Part shown: piece by piece, positions 53,322 through 63,330 of the stretch | Numbering within the stretch: position 1 is the stretch's first letter | Layout of the letters: each line of letters opens with the position of its first letter | From: Verrucomicrobiota bacterium | GTDB lineage: Bacteria; Verrucomicrobiota; Verrucomicrobiia; Chthoniobacterales; UBA10450 | DNA length: 64,000 bases | Direction: 5' to 3' | NCBI GenBank assembly: GCA_046732875.1 | Contig: JBKPOB010000038.1 | Coordinates: forward strand, 41,031-105,030 | The notes under the pieces: generated by a model | What the model saw: only the letters and a program-made list of their open reading frames with translations | The model's database searches: none | What the model was told of the DNA's origin: nothing | Position numbers and translations under genes: made by a program

Positions 53322-54839
53322 GTGAAAGAGAAAATCGTCAACCGAGAGCAAACGGGTCTTGTCCGCGCGCTCGGACCGATCGACGCCACCATGATTGTAA
53401 TCGGGTCGATGATCGGCTCGGGGATTTTTATCACATCGGCGGAGTCTTCACGGCTCAGCGGCGCGCCGGGCTGGCTGCTTCTCGCATGGGCTGTCGCCGG
53501 CCTGTTAACAATTACCGGCGCGCTTTGTTGCTCGGAGCTCGCAACCATGATGCCGCGTGCTGGCGGCGTTTATGTCTTTTTGCGCGAAGCGTACGGGCCA
53601 TCCATCGGGTTCTTGTACGGCTGGACCTTGTTTCTGGTCATTCAAACCGGGACCATCGCCGCGGTAGCGATTGCATTCGCAAAATTTCTGGGCGTTTTTG
53701 TCTCGACAGTTTCGCCGGAAAATTATTTGGTCGCGCCAATTCCCTTCGGCAATTACGCGGTCAGCCTTTCCACTGAACAATTGGTCGCGATTGGCTTAAT
53801 CGCATTGCTGACATGGAGCAACACACGCGGGCTTGAAATCGGAAAAATTGTGCAGAATACGTTCACGTTCGCAAAAACGGCTGCGCTCATCGCTGTGGTC
53901 GTAATCGGCCTGTCGTTAGGTTGGAACGCTAGCTCTGCTGCGCTGCAATCGGCCTGGTGGGACTCGTGGGCAAATGGCTGGAGTCCGCAGATCGCCCAGC
54001 CGGGTTTCTCGTTGACCGGCGGCCTCGCTCTCGTCTTGCTGTTTGGAAAATCAATGGTTGGCCCGCTTTTCGCGCAAACTGCGTGGACAAATGTCACATT
54101 CATCGGAAGCGAAATCCGCGACCCTGGAAAAAATCTGGTGCGTGCGCTAGTGGTGGGCAGCGGCATCGTCGTGATTCTGTATTTGCTGGCCAATCTTGCC
54201 TACATTGCGGTGTTGCCGTTCTCGGAAATCGAGCATGCGCCTCACAACCGGGTGGCCGTGGCCATGATGAATGCCGTCTTCGGTCATCCCGGTGCGATGT
54301 GTATGGCCGCGGCAATCATGATTTCTACTTTCGGTTGCGATAACGGCCTGATCCTTGCCGGAGCTCGCGTTTACTACGCGATGGCACGTGACCGTTTGTT
54401 CTTCAAAAGAGTTGGAACCACCAATCGCTTTCATGTTCCGGCCAGCGCTTTGGTAGCGCAGGGAATCTGGACCGCGCTCCTGACCCTGCCGCGCACGGTG
54501 ACACGTGATCTCGCGACGCGTCAGATCGTTCATGGAAATGTTTACAATCAACTGCTCGAATACATCGTCTCAGCGGATTTGCTTTTTTACATTCTAATGA
54601 TCGTCGCCTTGATGATTCTGCGACGAACAAAACCCGATGCTGATCGTCCATATCGCACGTGGGGTTATCCGTTCGTACCGATCATCTCGGTTCTGCTTGC
54701 GGGATTGTTGATTGTCGATCTTGGCTTTCTCGCGCCTGCAACTTCGGGAATCGGGATCCTCATCGTGTTGACCGGCGTGCCCGCATACTTCTTCTGGCGG
54801 AAGTTCGGTGCAATCGAAATGAATCCATCTCGTATTTGA
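53322..54839 (+). CDS. APC-superfamily amino acid permease
   Basis: 505 aa, 12-13 TM. N-terminal L.R.LG..DA..IV.GSMIGSGIF is typical of APC permeases. GTG start. Confidence 0.85.
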   Translation: MKEKIVNREQTGLVRALGPIDATMIVIGSMIGSGIFITSAESSRLSGAPGWLLLAWAVAGLLTITGALCCSELATMMPRAGGVYVFLREAYGPSIGFLYGWTLFLVIQTGTIAAVAIAFAKFLGVFVSTVSPENYLVAPIPFGNYAVSLSTEQLVAIGLIALLTWSNTRGLEIGKIVQNTFTFAKTAALIAVVVIGLSLGWNASSAALQSAWWDSWANGWSPQIAQPGFSLTGGLALVLLFGKSMVGPLFAQTAWTNVTFIGSEIRDPGKNLVRALVVGSGIVVILYLLANLAYIAVLPFSEIEHAPHNRVAVAMMNAVFGHPGAMCMAAAIMISTFGCDNGLILAGARVYYAMARDRLFFKRVGTTNRFHVPASALVAQGIWTALLTLPRTVTRDLATRQIVHGNVYNQLLEYIVSADLLFYILMIVALMILRRTKPDADRPYRTWGYPFVPIISVLLAGLLIVDLGFLAPATSGIGILIVLTGVPAYFFWRKFGAIEMNPSRI

Positions 54840-54857
54840 GATGCGAAACTTATTTGT

Positions 54858-55046
54858 ATGCCTGCAAAATCAAAGAAACAGCAAATGGCCGCTGGCGCTG
54901 CGCTCGCTGCGAAGCGCGGCAAACGCTCCAAGTCATCGCTCAAAGGCGCTTCACGAGGGATGTACAAGTCGATGAGCAAAAAAGAGCTGCGCAAAATGGC
55001 CAAGACAAAGCGCAAAGGGAAACCCACGAGGAAGAAGCGGCACTAA
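54858..55046 (+). CDS. DUF3008-family small basic protein
   Basis: KSKKQQMAAGAALAAKRG......LKGAS..M..SMS.KEL...A matches the DUF3008 consensus as I remember it. Confidence 0.6.
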   Translation: MPAKSKKQQMAAGAALAAKRGKRSKSSLKGASRGMYKSMSKKELRKMAKTKRKGKPTRKKRH

Positions 55047-55082
55047 GAATTTGGCCGAAGCTTCGGGGACGGACAGGAATAC

Positions 55083-55862
55083 TCACCCTTTTTGTATTAT
55101 ACCCATAACTTGTCTCAAAGGCTCTGCGCTCACCTTGCTTGTTCCAGTAAACGGATGATCAAGAACGTATATCAAAAAAAGAATCAACGTTATTGTCACC
55201 GTAAGCGACCCCGCGATTAAGTATTGTGCCCTGATGTTCTTCATTCCGAAGAAATAGGTGTACGAAACACTGATTACGCTGCCAACAAGTAGGACCAACC
55301 AGACCACCGGCGGCACGGTATCGTTTCCTGCAAATATTCTGAGTCGACGATACTCAGCGAGGTCGTTTAACCGCTTTAATGCTTCGGCGTAGATTTCTCT
55401 GTTGGGAACCGACTTCTCATCGATCTGATAGAACGTGGTTATAAGCTTTACCATTGCCTCGTTGGAATGGAGGCTTATCTCGCCCTGTGACATTCTCTTC
55501 AGTTCATCAGTATAGATTGAAGTGACGTACTCCAGCAGTGTTTGTCGTATCGTTTCACCCGTCGGGTCCGGGAATACGTTTGTGAGGTGAAAAATGTCGG
55601 CGACCTCATTGGCTTCCAGTTGAAGGTTCTTTGTGGCTTCGTCGTATCCATTCCACGTAACAAAGACTACAAACGCGAGCAGCACCCCGTAGAACAGGCC
55701 GAATGCGTTGAAAATGATTGCAGCTACTTCATGATTCTCCTTTAGGACCTCCGCCGAATACCTTTTTCGTACCAGATAAAGGCCCCCAAGGGCGAAGGAG
55801 GTTGTAATCGCCGAGACGATGAAAAATGAAATCGGCGGCGGTAAGTTAAGTAAGAATTGCAC
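55083..55862 (-). CDS. DUF4239-family membrane protein
   Basis: AAIIFNAFGLFYGVLLAFVVFVTWNGYDEA is the DUF4239 signature region, with TM segments at both ends. The ORF-track start (56213) overlaps recQ. I place the start at the GTG at 55862, 7 nt after the recQ stop and preceded by AAAGG. Confidence 0.55.
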   Translation of the reverse strand: MQFLLNLPPPISFFIVSAITTSFALGGLYLVRKRYSAEVLKENHEVAAIIFNAFGLFYGVLLAFVVFVTWNGYDEATKNLQLEANEVADIFHLTNVFPDPTGETIRQTLLEYVTSIYTDELKRMSQGEISLHSNEAMVKLITTFYQIDEKSVPNREIYAEALKRLNDLAEYRRLRIFAGNDTVPPVVWLVLLVGSVISVSYTYFFGMKNIRAQYLIAGSLTVTITLILFLIYVLDHPFTGTSKVSAEPLRQVMGIIQKG

Positions 55863-55869
55863 AGCCTTT

Positions 55870-57735
55870 TTACCTTCTCGCCAAGATATCGATCCGTTGT
55901 CGAGAGAAAAGACTGGAAAATGTCCGGCGCGGGTTGGTGGCGAGATAATTTTTGATCTCACTAAGGAACGCCTCCGCAAAGTCCTTAAGCTTTTGCTTAC
56001 CCACGCCGGGAATTCGGCGAAACTCAGCGGCGGTCGTCGGGTAATTTCTCGCCATTTCACGGAGCGAGACATCGGAGAAGATGACATAGGCCGGCACGTT
56101 GCGTTCGTCGGCAAGTTTGCGTCGCACGTCGCGTAAGCGCTCGAACAACGCCTCGTCACATTCGATTGCGCCTGGGCGAGGTTTTTGCTCCCGCGACTTC
56201 GAGACAACTTCAATCGGCTTCGTGAGCGTGATCGGTGTACGATGTCGCAAGGCTTCGCGCCCGGCCGATGTGAGACTCAAGGTTGCGAACTTTCCAGGCG
56301 CGCACTCGATGAGCTCCAACCGCAGCAGTTCACGACCGATTGCCTGCCAGGCAACGCGTTTCAATTCGCGTCCAATCCCGTACGTAGACAATTCGTTATG
56401 ACTTCGTTGCCGGATGGTTTCCGTGTCTGCTCCACGCAAAACATCGACGACATGATTCAATCCAAACCCGAATCCGCTTTTGGCGTGGATACGATGGACG
56501 CAGGAGAGAAACTTTTGAGCCTGAATTGTGCCATCGAACGTCTCGCGTGGCGTGAGGCAATTATCGCAGCCGTCGCATGATTGTTTTCCATATTGCTCAC
56601 CAAAGTATCGAAGCAAATTCGCGCGCCGGCATTCGCGTGTCTCCGCGTAATGGATCATTTGTTGAAGTTGCGTTCGGGCGATTCGCGCTTCGGGCTCGCT
56701 CTTTTCATCGATGAAATGCAGCTGCTTGGCCACATCGCTCCCGCTGAACAGCAGCACGCATTCGCTCGGCAATCCATCGCGACCGGCGCGCCCGGTCTCC
56801 TGATAATAGCTCTCCAGGTTTTTCGGTAGATCGTAGTGGACCACGAAGCGGACGTTCGGTTTGTTAATGCCCATTCCGAACGCAATCGTCGCAGTGACCA
56901 CACGGACGTCGTCGCGCACAAACGCTTCCTGATTTTTCGTTCGTTCTGAACTCGTTAGGCCAGCGTGATATGGCTTTGCACTTATGCCGTCTTCACCGAG
57001 ATTCCCCGCCAGTGACTCGGCGCTCTTCCGGCTTGCGCAGTAAACAATGCCGCTATCGCTAGGCCTGCTACGAATGAACTCAAGCAACTGCTCGTACGGC
57101 GCCGCTTTTGGAACAACGCGATAAGTGAGATTTGGTCGGTTAAAACTGGCGACATAACAGCGCGCCTCCCGCAGCTTTAATTGTTTCACAATATCGGCCC
57201 GCACACGCTCGGTGGCCGTTGCAGTGAGTGCCATCATCGGGACGTCCGGAAAATGTGTTCGCAGTTTTTTGAGCTCGCGATATTCTGGCCGAAAATCGTG
57301 GCCCCATTCGCTGATGCAATGCGCCTCGTCAATCGCGAACTGGGCGATGTTCCAGTTCACCGCCCGCTCCAAAAACGTATCGAGCATCAATCGCTCCGGC
57401 GCGACGTAAAGCATACGGTACTCACCGCAATGCAATCCGCGCCAGCGCGCCGTCGCTTCGTGTCGATCTAGCATTGAGTTCAAGTAAGTTGCCGGGATCC
57501 CACTGGTTTGCAGCGCGTCGACCTGGTCCTTCATGAGCGAAATCAGTGGCGAAACAACAATCGTTAGGCCATCACGTATCAAGGCCGGCAATTGGAAGCA
57601 GAGTGACTTACCGCCACCGGTCGGCATTAGCACAAACACATCGCGCCCAGCCAACGCATCGCTGATGATCTCGCGCTGCAACGGCCGGAATCGGTCGTAA
57701 CCGAAATGCGTTTTGAGTGTCGCGAGCAACTCCAT
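55870..57735 (-). CDS. recQ: ATP-dependent DNA helicase RecQ (with RQC and HRDC domains)
   Basis: FGYD.FRP.Q.EII......RD.FV.MPTGGGKSLC.Q.PA, DEAHC.S.WGHDFRP.Y, Zn-finger C..C..C.N.C, and C-terminal HRDC (LFE.LR..R..LA....VPAY.IF.D..L..MA). Start at the ATG at 57735. Confidence 0.95.
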   Translation of the reverse strand: MELLATLKTHFGYDRFRPLQREIISDALAGRDVFVLMPTGGGKSLCFQLPALIRDGLTIVVSPLISLMKDQVDALQTSGIPATYLNSMLDRHEATARWRGLHCGEYRMLYVAPERLMLDTFLERAVNWNIAQFAIDEAHCISEWGHDFRPEYRELKKLRTHFPDVPMMALTATATERVRADIVKQLKLREARCYVASFNRPNLTYRVVPKAAPYEQLLEFIRSRPSDSGIVYCASRKSAESLAGNLGEDGISAKPYHAGLTSSERTKNQEAFVRDDVRVVTATIAFGMGINKPNVRFVVHYDLPKNLESYYQETGRAGRDGLPSECVLLFSGSDVAKQLHFIDEKSEPEARIARTQLQQMIHYAETRECRRANLLRYFGEQYGKQSCDGCDNCLTPRETFDGTIQAQKFLSCVHRIHAKSGFGFGLNHVVDVLRGADTETIRQRSHNELSTYGIGRELKRVAWQAIGRELLRLELIECAPGKFATLSLTSAGREALRHRTPITLTKPIEVVSKSREQKPRPGAIECDEALFERLRDVRRKLADERNVPAYVIFSDVSLREMARNYPTTAAEFRRIPGVGKQKLKDFAEAFLSEIKNYLATNPRRTFSSLFSRQRIDILARR

Positions 57736-57754
57736 TCCACTCTTTATAGGAAAA

Positions 57755-57900
57755 ATTTGTGCGCTTCGCACAAACAAATTCGCACCGTACGGAACGCAGA
57801 CTTGCAGTCTGTGCGCCCAACGGAGTTGCACTCCGCTGATTCAGTGCGCCCGGGAGTTGCAGTGGAAAACGTTTCCGCTGGGCGTACAGGCCACAGGCCT
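57755..57900. repeat. Cluster of at least five short stem-loops in the 57912-gene/recQ spacer
   Basis: tttgtgcg-ctt-cgcacaaa; cgcagact-tgc-agtctgtg; cggagt-tgc-actccg; ggaaa-acg-tttcc; aggcc-aca-ggcct. Three share a TGC loop. Confidence 0.5.
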
Positions 57901-57911
57901 AAGTTCCGCGG

Positions 57912-58508
57912 TCACTTCTGCCGCTTCAGACGAAAGCCATCAGCATGCGCGCCGTAGCCACTCGCATATTCAATCAATCCAACCCCTTTTTTCCAGATGA
58001 TCGTTGTGAAATGACCTGAATTATGACTGGCAAGGTAAGTGCATTCGTCGCCTTTGGTCTCGATCGTCGTCGTCCACGGACCGTCTTCGTAATTCAATTT
58101 TCCACTGCTGATCCCGCGGATGTTTCGTTCCTCAAACGTTGGAGCCTTGTCCATCCCTGAAATCTTCTTAGCGGCGGCCTCATTGTCCTCCTCGTTTAAA
58201 AGAACGATGCGATCATCCGTGACGACGAAATAATCCGGCCGGATCTCGCGCTTCTTTGGCGCACGCGATTTGAGGTCGGTAAATACGATTTTGAAAATCG
58301 CGCCCCACGGCATTTTCGCGACGCGCGTTGTAACGACCCGCGCGGTGAGTGGGATTTCTTCCTGCTGAATCTCGTCGCCCCATTCCGTCCCCCGAAATTT
58401 GGCGGACACCGGTTTGTCGTCCGGCGCATCGAGAAATCGGTTGGCCGGATAAGCGGAACCAGCCGCGATGATCAAGATCGTCATTGACGCGAGCCAGCGG
58501 CGGTTCAT
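57912..58508 (-). CDS. Secreted protein, unknown function
   Basis: Signal peptide MNRRWLASMTILIIAAGSAYP. No recognised domain. Divergent from the large TPR gene. Confidence 0.55.
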   Translation of the reverse strand: MNRRWLASMTILIIAAGSAYPANRFLDAPDDKPVSAKFRGTEWGDEIQQEEIPLTARVVTTRVAKMPWGAIFKIVFTDLKSRAPKKREIRPDYFVVTDDRIVLLNEEDNEAAAKKISGMDKAPTFEERNIRGISSGKLNYEDGPWTTTIETKGDECTYLASHNSGHFTTIIWKKGVGLIEYASGYGAHADGFRLKRQK

Positions 58509-58770
58509 GTCGCCATCCTAACGACTAAAGCATTGACATTGCACGCCAGAATTTTTTAATCTAGGCGTCTTCGCGCAGGGCAACGGCGACCGGTAAGGAG
58601 CCGCGGCTTCCCTGGTCTGCCCGTAGCCTTTGAAGAACCGCTACTTGAGCCACGCAAATCAAAACAGGAAGGATTTTTTTCGATTCTTTGAAACAAATGC
58701 CGCTCTTGACCCGTATTTAGCTTATCAAAAATCAAGCCCCAGTTTGCCCCCACTGTCCTGTTCCCTTGCC

Positions 58771-61700
58771 ATGAAAACCCTCCGGATATTAGGTCTGTTT
58801 GCGACTTCACTCCTCGTTTTGTCAACCTTGCGGGCGCAGGATGCGAAGATCGTCACTGACAATCTAGAATTTAGCCGCGAGTTTTATTCTGGGGTTCATT
58901 TCTCCGCGATCGCGAGCTTGCCGCAATCGTTTGCTTATGATCGTTATCCGGATGACGGACCGGAACGCATTCGATGCGACGAGGGCACATTTGCGCGTCG
59001 GCATGGAAAGCCCTGGTTGAAATCGCAGGATTGGGGCGAATCTGGTCGACCTGTTGATAAACAAACAGCGCGAAAGCTGGATACTTGGGTCAAACTCGTC
59101 GAAGCGGCTTTGAGTTTTGCGCCGACCGCAGTGAAGCTCGTCGACAAATCCGAAGCATACGGCAGCGTGCAATGGACCTTCGAAGCGCGCACGGAGAATC
59201 AAAAGGGATTTCGGCTGGAATTCGCAAAGGCGCCATACGACAAGAATCCGAATGCCCTCTTGCATGATTTTGAAGGATCGTTGCGTCTCGATAGCGGAAA
59301 GCCTTCTCGTGCCGAGCGGGTGAAGTTCAGTTTCGGTTACTTGATTAGCGTCCAACGTGGCTACGAGTTTTCGGAGCGCGCTTGGGAAGATTTGCAGATG
59401 CCGAGGGAGGAAAAGAACAAACCGCTCGATTTGTCGAAGTTCGAGATTGGGCCGAAGCCAAGCAATGCAGAGGGTTTCCTCAATCGCGGTAGCGCACGTC
59501 GGTTCAATGGGGATAGAAACGGCGCGATTGCAGACTTCAGTCGCGCTATTGAGCTGGACTCGAAATCTGTGTCGGCCATCTACAACCGCGGCATCACGAG
59601 GTTGCAGAAAGGCGATTACGAGGGAGCGATCGCTGATTTGAGTCGCGCGATCGACCTTAGCCCGAATACCGCTGACTACTACAACGATCGCGGCCTTGCG
59701 AAGTTGAGAAAGGGCGACAACGACGGCGCGCTTGCCGATTTCACGCGTGCGATCGAGCTCGACCCCAAAAGTGCGCTTGCCTACCGCAATCGCGCTTTGG
59801 CCAAGGACATCAAAAAGGACGCTGACGGCGCACTGGCCGATTACAATCGTGCGATCGAGCTGGATCCCAAGAATGCCAGTGCTTTCAATAACCGCGGCAA
59901 CATCAAAAAAGCCAAAGGCGATCTAGATGGAGCCATCGCTGATTTTACCAGCGCCATCGGACTTAATGACAAGCTCGCGATCGCGTTCGCGTACAAGAAT
60001 CGCGGTGAAGCAAAACAAGCAAAGGGCGACGCGGACGGAGCCAAGGAGGATTTGAAACGCGCGGGTGAACTGGATCCTGAGTTAATGAGCGAAGAGTCGC
60101 GCGCTGCCTCAGAGAAAGCAACATCGCCAACGCCTTCAACGCCAGCGGAGGACGAATCGGTCGCAGACCTGGTTAATGGCGGAATAGAAAAAGGTAAGAA
60201 CGGCGACGTGGATGGCGCGATTGCGGATTTCAATCGCGCGATCGAACTCGATCCAAAAGATGACGCCCCTTATTTCAACCGCGCCCAAGCCAAATGGTTG
60301 AAGAAAGACGCGGCCGGCGCCGTTGCCGACTATACCAAAGCTATTGAACTCGGTTCCACAAACCCGGCCGCTTACAACAATCGCGGCAACGCCAGAGTGG
60401 AGAATGACGACTTGGACGGTGCAATTGCCGATTACACACGCGCAATCGAACTGAAACCCGATTACGCACGTGCCTATTACAATCGCGCTACGGTGAAAAG
60501 GGATAAGGGCGACGCGGCCGGCGCTGACGCAGACTTCAAAGAGGCGAAGAAACTCGATCCGGAATTAGCCAGGGAAGCTTCCGCCGGAAGTTCAAAGACG
60601 AACCGTCGTTCACCATCGCCTGCACCACCAGGCGGGCAAGAATCTTCAGCGGACCTCGTGAACCGTGGGATCGAAAAGGCGAAGAAGGGAGACCTGAATG
60701 CGGCTCTCTTGGATTTTTACCGCGCGGTCCAGCGCGATCCCAAGAACGCGGTCGCTTACTACAACCGCGCTTACACCAAATGGTTGAAGCAGGACGCAAC
60801 CGGCGCGCTCGCCGACTATACCCGTGCAATCGAACTCGATCCGAAATATGCGGAAGCTTACTTCGACCGAGGCAACGTGAAGGGGGAAAGCAACGACCCC
60901 GACGGCGCGATCGCAGATTTCAACCGAGCAATCGAAATAAAACCCGATTACGCCATAGCCTATCACAATCATGGTGTTGCGAAGAAGGAAAAGGGAGACA
61001 CGACGGGTGCTGAGGCTGACTTCAAAACCGCCAACAAACTCGATCCGGAATTGGCTAACGAACAGCCCACTACGGATTCAAAAAATAATCCTCCTTCGGC
61101 GGCAACATCGGTGCAGCCAACGGGCGACACGTCGGAAGCGAACCTTGTTGAGCAGGGAATTGAAAAAGGAAGGAAAGACGACTTGGATGGAGCTATAGCC
61201 GATTTCGACCGCGCAATCGAGCTCGATCCCAGGAACGCAGTTGCATACTACAATCGTGGCCACGCCAAATGGGTAAGGAAGGATACGGCCGCCGCGCTTG
61301 CCGATTGTAGCCGGGCGATAGAACTCGATCCAAAATGTCCTGAGGCTTACTTCGAACGCGGCACTTTGAGAGGGAGAATCAAGGACAGTGACGGCGCAAT
61401 CGCTGATCTCACTCGCGCCATCGAACTCAAACCCGATTACGTCCTCGCCTATTACAATCGCGGGATTGCCAAGAAGGCGAAAGGTGATCAGGCCGGGGCC
61501 GACGCCGATTTTAAGAGCGCTGCAGCCGGCAACAAGGTGAGTTTGCTCGACGGCAAGCTCACGATCGATCTCCCGCCAGATTTCTCACGCGACCCTGATG
61601 ATCCCAAAGAGCCAAAAACCATAGCCAAATTCTCAGGCCCAGCAGACGGAGCGTGGGGAACAGTCTTGCGCGGCACGCACGGCCTCACGCCGGAACAGCT

Positions 61701-62010
61701 TGAAGGGTATCTTAAGAAGCGCGTGGCAGAATACTCGAAAGGCTTCAAGTGGCTACCGAAGGATTCGCACCTGCAGTGGTTGAAGAAGGAAATCGTGACG
61801 ATCGATGGGCGTAAATGGGCTGACTGGAGCTTTGTCCCGACGTTGAAGGAAAAGAAGGACTATTCGCATAACCCAGCATACACGCGGAACCTAGCGACTT
61901 CTTACAAAGGTCAGCTCCTAGAGATTAACTTTACTTCCAACCTGAACCACGATCCGGGGTTAAAGAAAGATATCGATAGCATCATGAAGTCGGTGCACCT
62001 CGAAGAATGA
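58771..62010 (+). CDS. Large secreted TPR-repeat protein (about 19 TPRs in four blocks) with non-TPR N- and C-terminal domains
   Basis: Signal peptide from the ATG at 58771 (MKTLRILGLFATSLLVLSTLRAQ). Many 34-aa units of the form GAIADF.RAIELDPK.A.AY.NRG..K...GD.D. Three ~480-nt modules are repeated at 60151-61520. The ~170-aa C-terminal domain has no TPR. Confidence 0.85.
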   Translation: MKTLRILGLFATSLLVLSTLRAQDAKIVTDNLEFSREFYSGVHFSAIASLPQSFAYDRYPDDGPERIRCDEGTFARRHGKPWLKSQDWGESGRPVDKQTARKLDTWVKLVEAALSFAPTAVKLVDKSEAYGSVQWTFEARTENQKGFRLEFAKAPYDKNPNALLHDFEGSLRLDSGKPSRAERVKFSFGYLISVQRGYEFSERAWEDLQMPREEKNKPLDLSKFEIGPKPSNAEGFLNRGSARRFNGDRNGAIADFSRAIELDSKSVSAIYNRGITRLQKGDYEGAIADLSRAIDLSPNTADYYNDRGLAKLRKGDNDGALADFTRAIELDPKSALAYRNRALAKDIKKDADGALADYNRAIELDPKNASAFNNRGNIKKAKGDLDGAIADFTSAIGLNDKLAIAFAYKNRGEAKQAKGDADGAKEDLKRAGELDPELMSEESRAASEKATSPTPSTPAEDESVADLVNGGIEKGKNGDVDGAIADFNRAIELDPKDDAPYFNRAQAKWLKKDAAGAVADYTKAIELGSTNPAAYNNRGNARVENDDLDGAIADYTRAIELKPDYARAYYNRATVKRDKGDAAGADADFKEAKKLDPELAREASAGSSKTNRRSPSPAPPGGQESSADLVNRGIEKAKKGDLNAALLDFYRAVQRDPKNAVAYYNRAYTKWLKQDATGALADYTRAIELDPKYAEAYFDRGNVKGESNDPDGAIADFNRAIEIKPDYAIAYHNHGVAKKEKGDTTGAEADFKTANKLDPELANEQPTTDSKNNPPSAATSVQPTGDTSEANLVEQGIEKGRKDDLDGAIADFDRAIELDPRNAVAYYNRGHAKWVRKDTAAALADCSRAIELDPKCPEAYFERGTLRGRIKDSDGAIADLTRAIELKPDYVLAYYNRGIAKKAKGDQAGADADFKSAAAGNKVSLLDGKLTIDLPPDFSRDPDDPKEPKTIAKFSGPADGAWGTVLRGTHGLTPEQLEGYLKKRVAEYSKGFKWLPKDSHLQWLKKEIVTIDGRKWADWSFVPTLKEKKDYSHNPAYTRNLATSYKGQLLEINFTSNLNHDPGLKKDIDSIMKSVHLEE

Positions 62011-62136
62011 AAGAATTTGAAACTCGCTCGCATGACCGCTCGCTCGCCGCTACCCGCCGCGGCTTCACCTTCGATGACCCAAGGCTACGGCGCGGCAGGC
62101 AAATTGACACCTAAACATCCAACAAACTCAAGTCTT

Positions 62137-63210
62137 ATGAAGTTCGTGACAATTCATGTAGCTAGTGTGTTCGTCGCAATCGTCACGTGCGCGATTAGCT
62201 GCGGTTTTTCCACTCTTGTGGCGGATGACGAACGACCAGCCGCCGAAACTCCATCTGACGAGTCATTCTCTAAGCCGGGCGAAAAGCCGGACGTGACACC
62301 CGACGCCGAAGGTTTTTATGGGGTGCCAGACGCTGTTATCGATGACCCCGGGGGGTACGTGAATGTGCGCAAGGAGAAAAGCGCCGACTCACCGATCGTT
62401 GCGAAAGTGAAAAAGGACGAGCCGTTCGAGTTTGTGTGCACACAAAATGCAACGTGGTGCAAAGTGAAACTCGCCTCTGGTGTTACCGGCTGGATGCATT
62501 ACAGCCGCATCAAACGTTACTACACCGAAAAGGATTTACCCAAAGGCCCGGAGGATTCAGGCGAGGAAATTGATGAGCAAACGCGCAAGCAAGGCGTGAA
62601 TTACTACGAAGTGGCTCGGGCGGCTGCGCGTGGCGACAAGAAAGCGTTGAAAACGTTCTTTACCCTGGGTTTGGACGGCGCGGCCGCCGAGACGCACATT
62701 ACGTCAATTGAGGACGTGGTGATCCATCTCGTGGGTGACGATAAGTTCGCGGAATTTTTGCGCACACAACCACCAGAATTTCGCCAAAACATAAGCCCCG
62801 GCTGGGAACTGGGCACCTTCTCTCCATTCAATCCCAAAGAATATTTCCAGCTGCACTTTCCTAAGTCAGCAAAACTCCTGTTTCCTGACTACCAGCAGTT
62901 AATCCGCGATTACACTCGCGCCGCCGAACGCAATCCGAAGGACAGCGAGGCCTATCGCCTGCGCGGCTACGCGGAATATCAAAATGAAGACTGGGATCGA
63001 GCTATCGCTGATTACACTCGCGCCATCGAACTCGATCCCAATAGTCACGTTGCTTACATGAACCGCGCCTGGGCTTATGCCAAGAAGGAACAGTATGGTG
63101 CGGCGATTAAGGACATACAGAAAGCTAGTCAACTGCAACCGAACGAGCCCGGCTACCAGCTGGACATGGAAGAGATCAAAGCGCTACAGACTGAAAAACC
63201 TAAACAATGA
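62137..63210 (+). CDS. Secreted/membrane-anchored SH3b + TPR protein
   Basis: N-terminal hydrophobic segment. SH3b-like GYVNVRKEKSADSPIVAKVKKDEPFEF......WCKVKL.SGVTGWMHYSRI. Two to three C-terminal TPRs (AIADYTRAIELDPNSHVAYMNRAWAY). Confidence 0.7.
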   Translation: MKFVTIHVASVFVAIVTCAISCGFSTLVADDERPAAETPSDESFSKPGEKPDVTPDAEGFYGVPDAVIDDPGGYVNVRKEKSADSPIVAKVKKDEPFEFVCTQNATWCKVKLASGVTGWMHYSRIKRYYTEKDLPKGPEDSGEEIDEQTRKQGVNYYEVARAAARGDKKALKTFFTLGLDGAAAETHITSIEDVVIHLVGDDKFAEFLRTQPPEFRQNISPGWELGTFSPFNPKEYFQLHFPKSAKLLFPDYQQLIRDYTRAAERNPKDSEAYRLRGYAEYQNEDWDRAIADYTRAIELDPNSHVAYMNRAWAYAKKEQYGAAIKDIQKASQLQPNEPGYQLDMEEIKALQTEKPKQ

Positions 63211-63330
63211 ACTCTCGCCGCAACTAAGACACGAATTTGAAACTAGTTCCCTTCCCCCGCCACCCATCGCGGCTTTACTTTATGTCGCTGATTCCGCCAG
63301 CTTCATTGACGAATTCACACTAACATCATC

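Noticed and set aside
58590-58630. Shared GC-rich words (gccgcggcttc; ccgtagcctt/aaggctacgg) upstream of both TPR genes (also 62056-62090)
   Set aside because: The matches are only 10-11 nt. One contains the palindrome gccgcggc, and the relative orientation of the second word differs between the two sites. This is insufficient to call a shared regulatory element.
59480-61520. Regular ~102-nt periodic repeats that could be mistaken for a repeat array or CRISPR
   Set aside because: They are in-frame 34-codon TPR units of one long ORF. The repeats are degenerate and there are no unique spacers.
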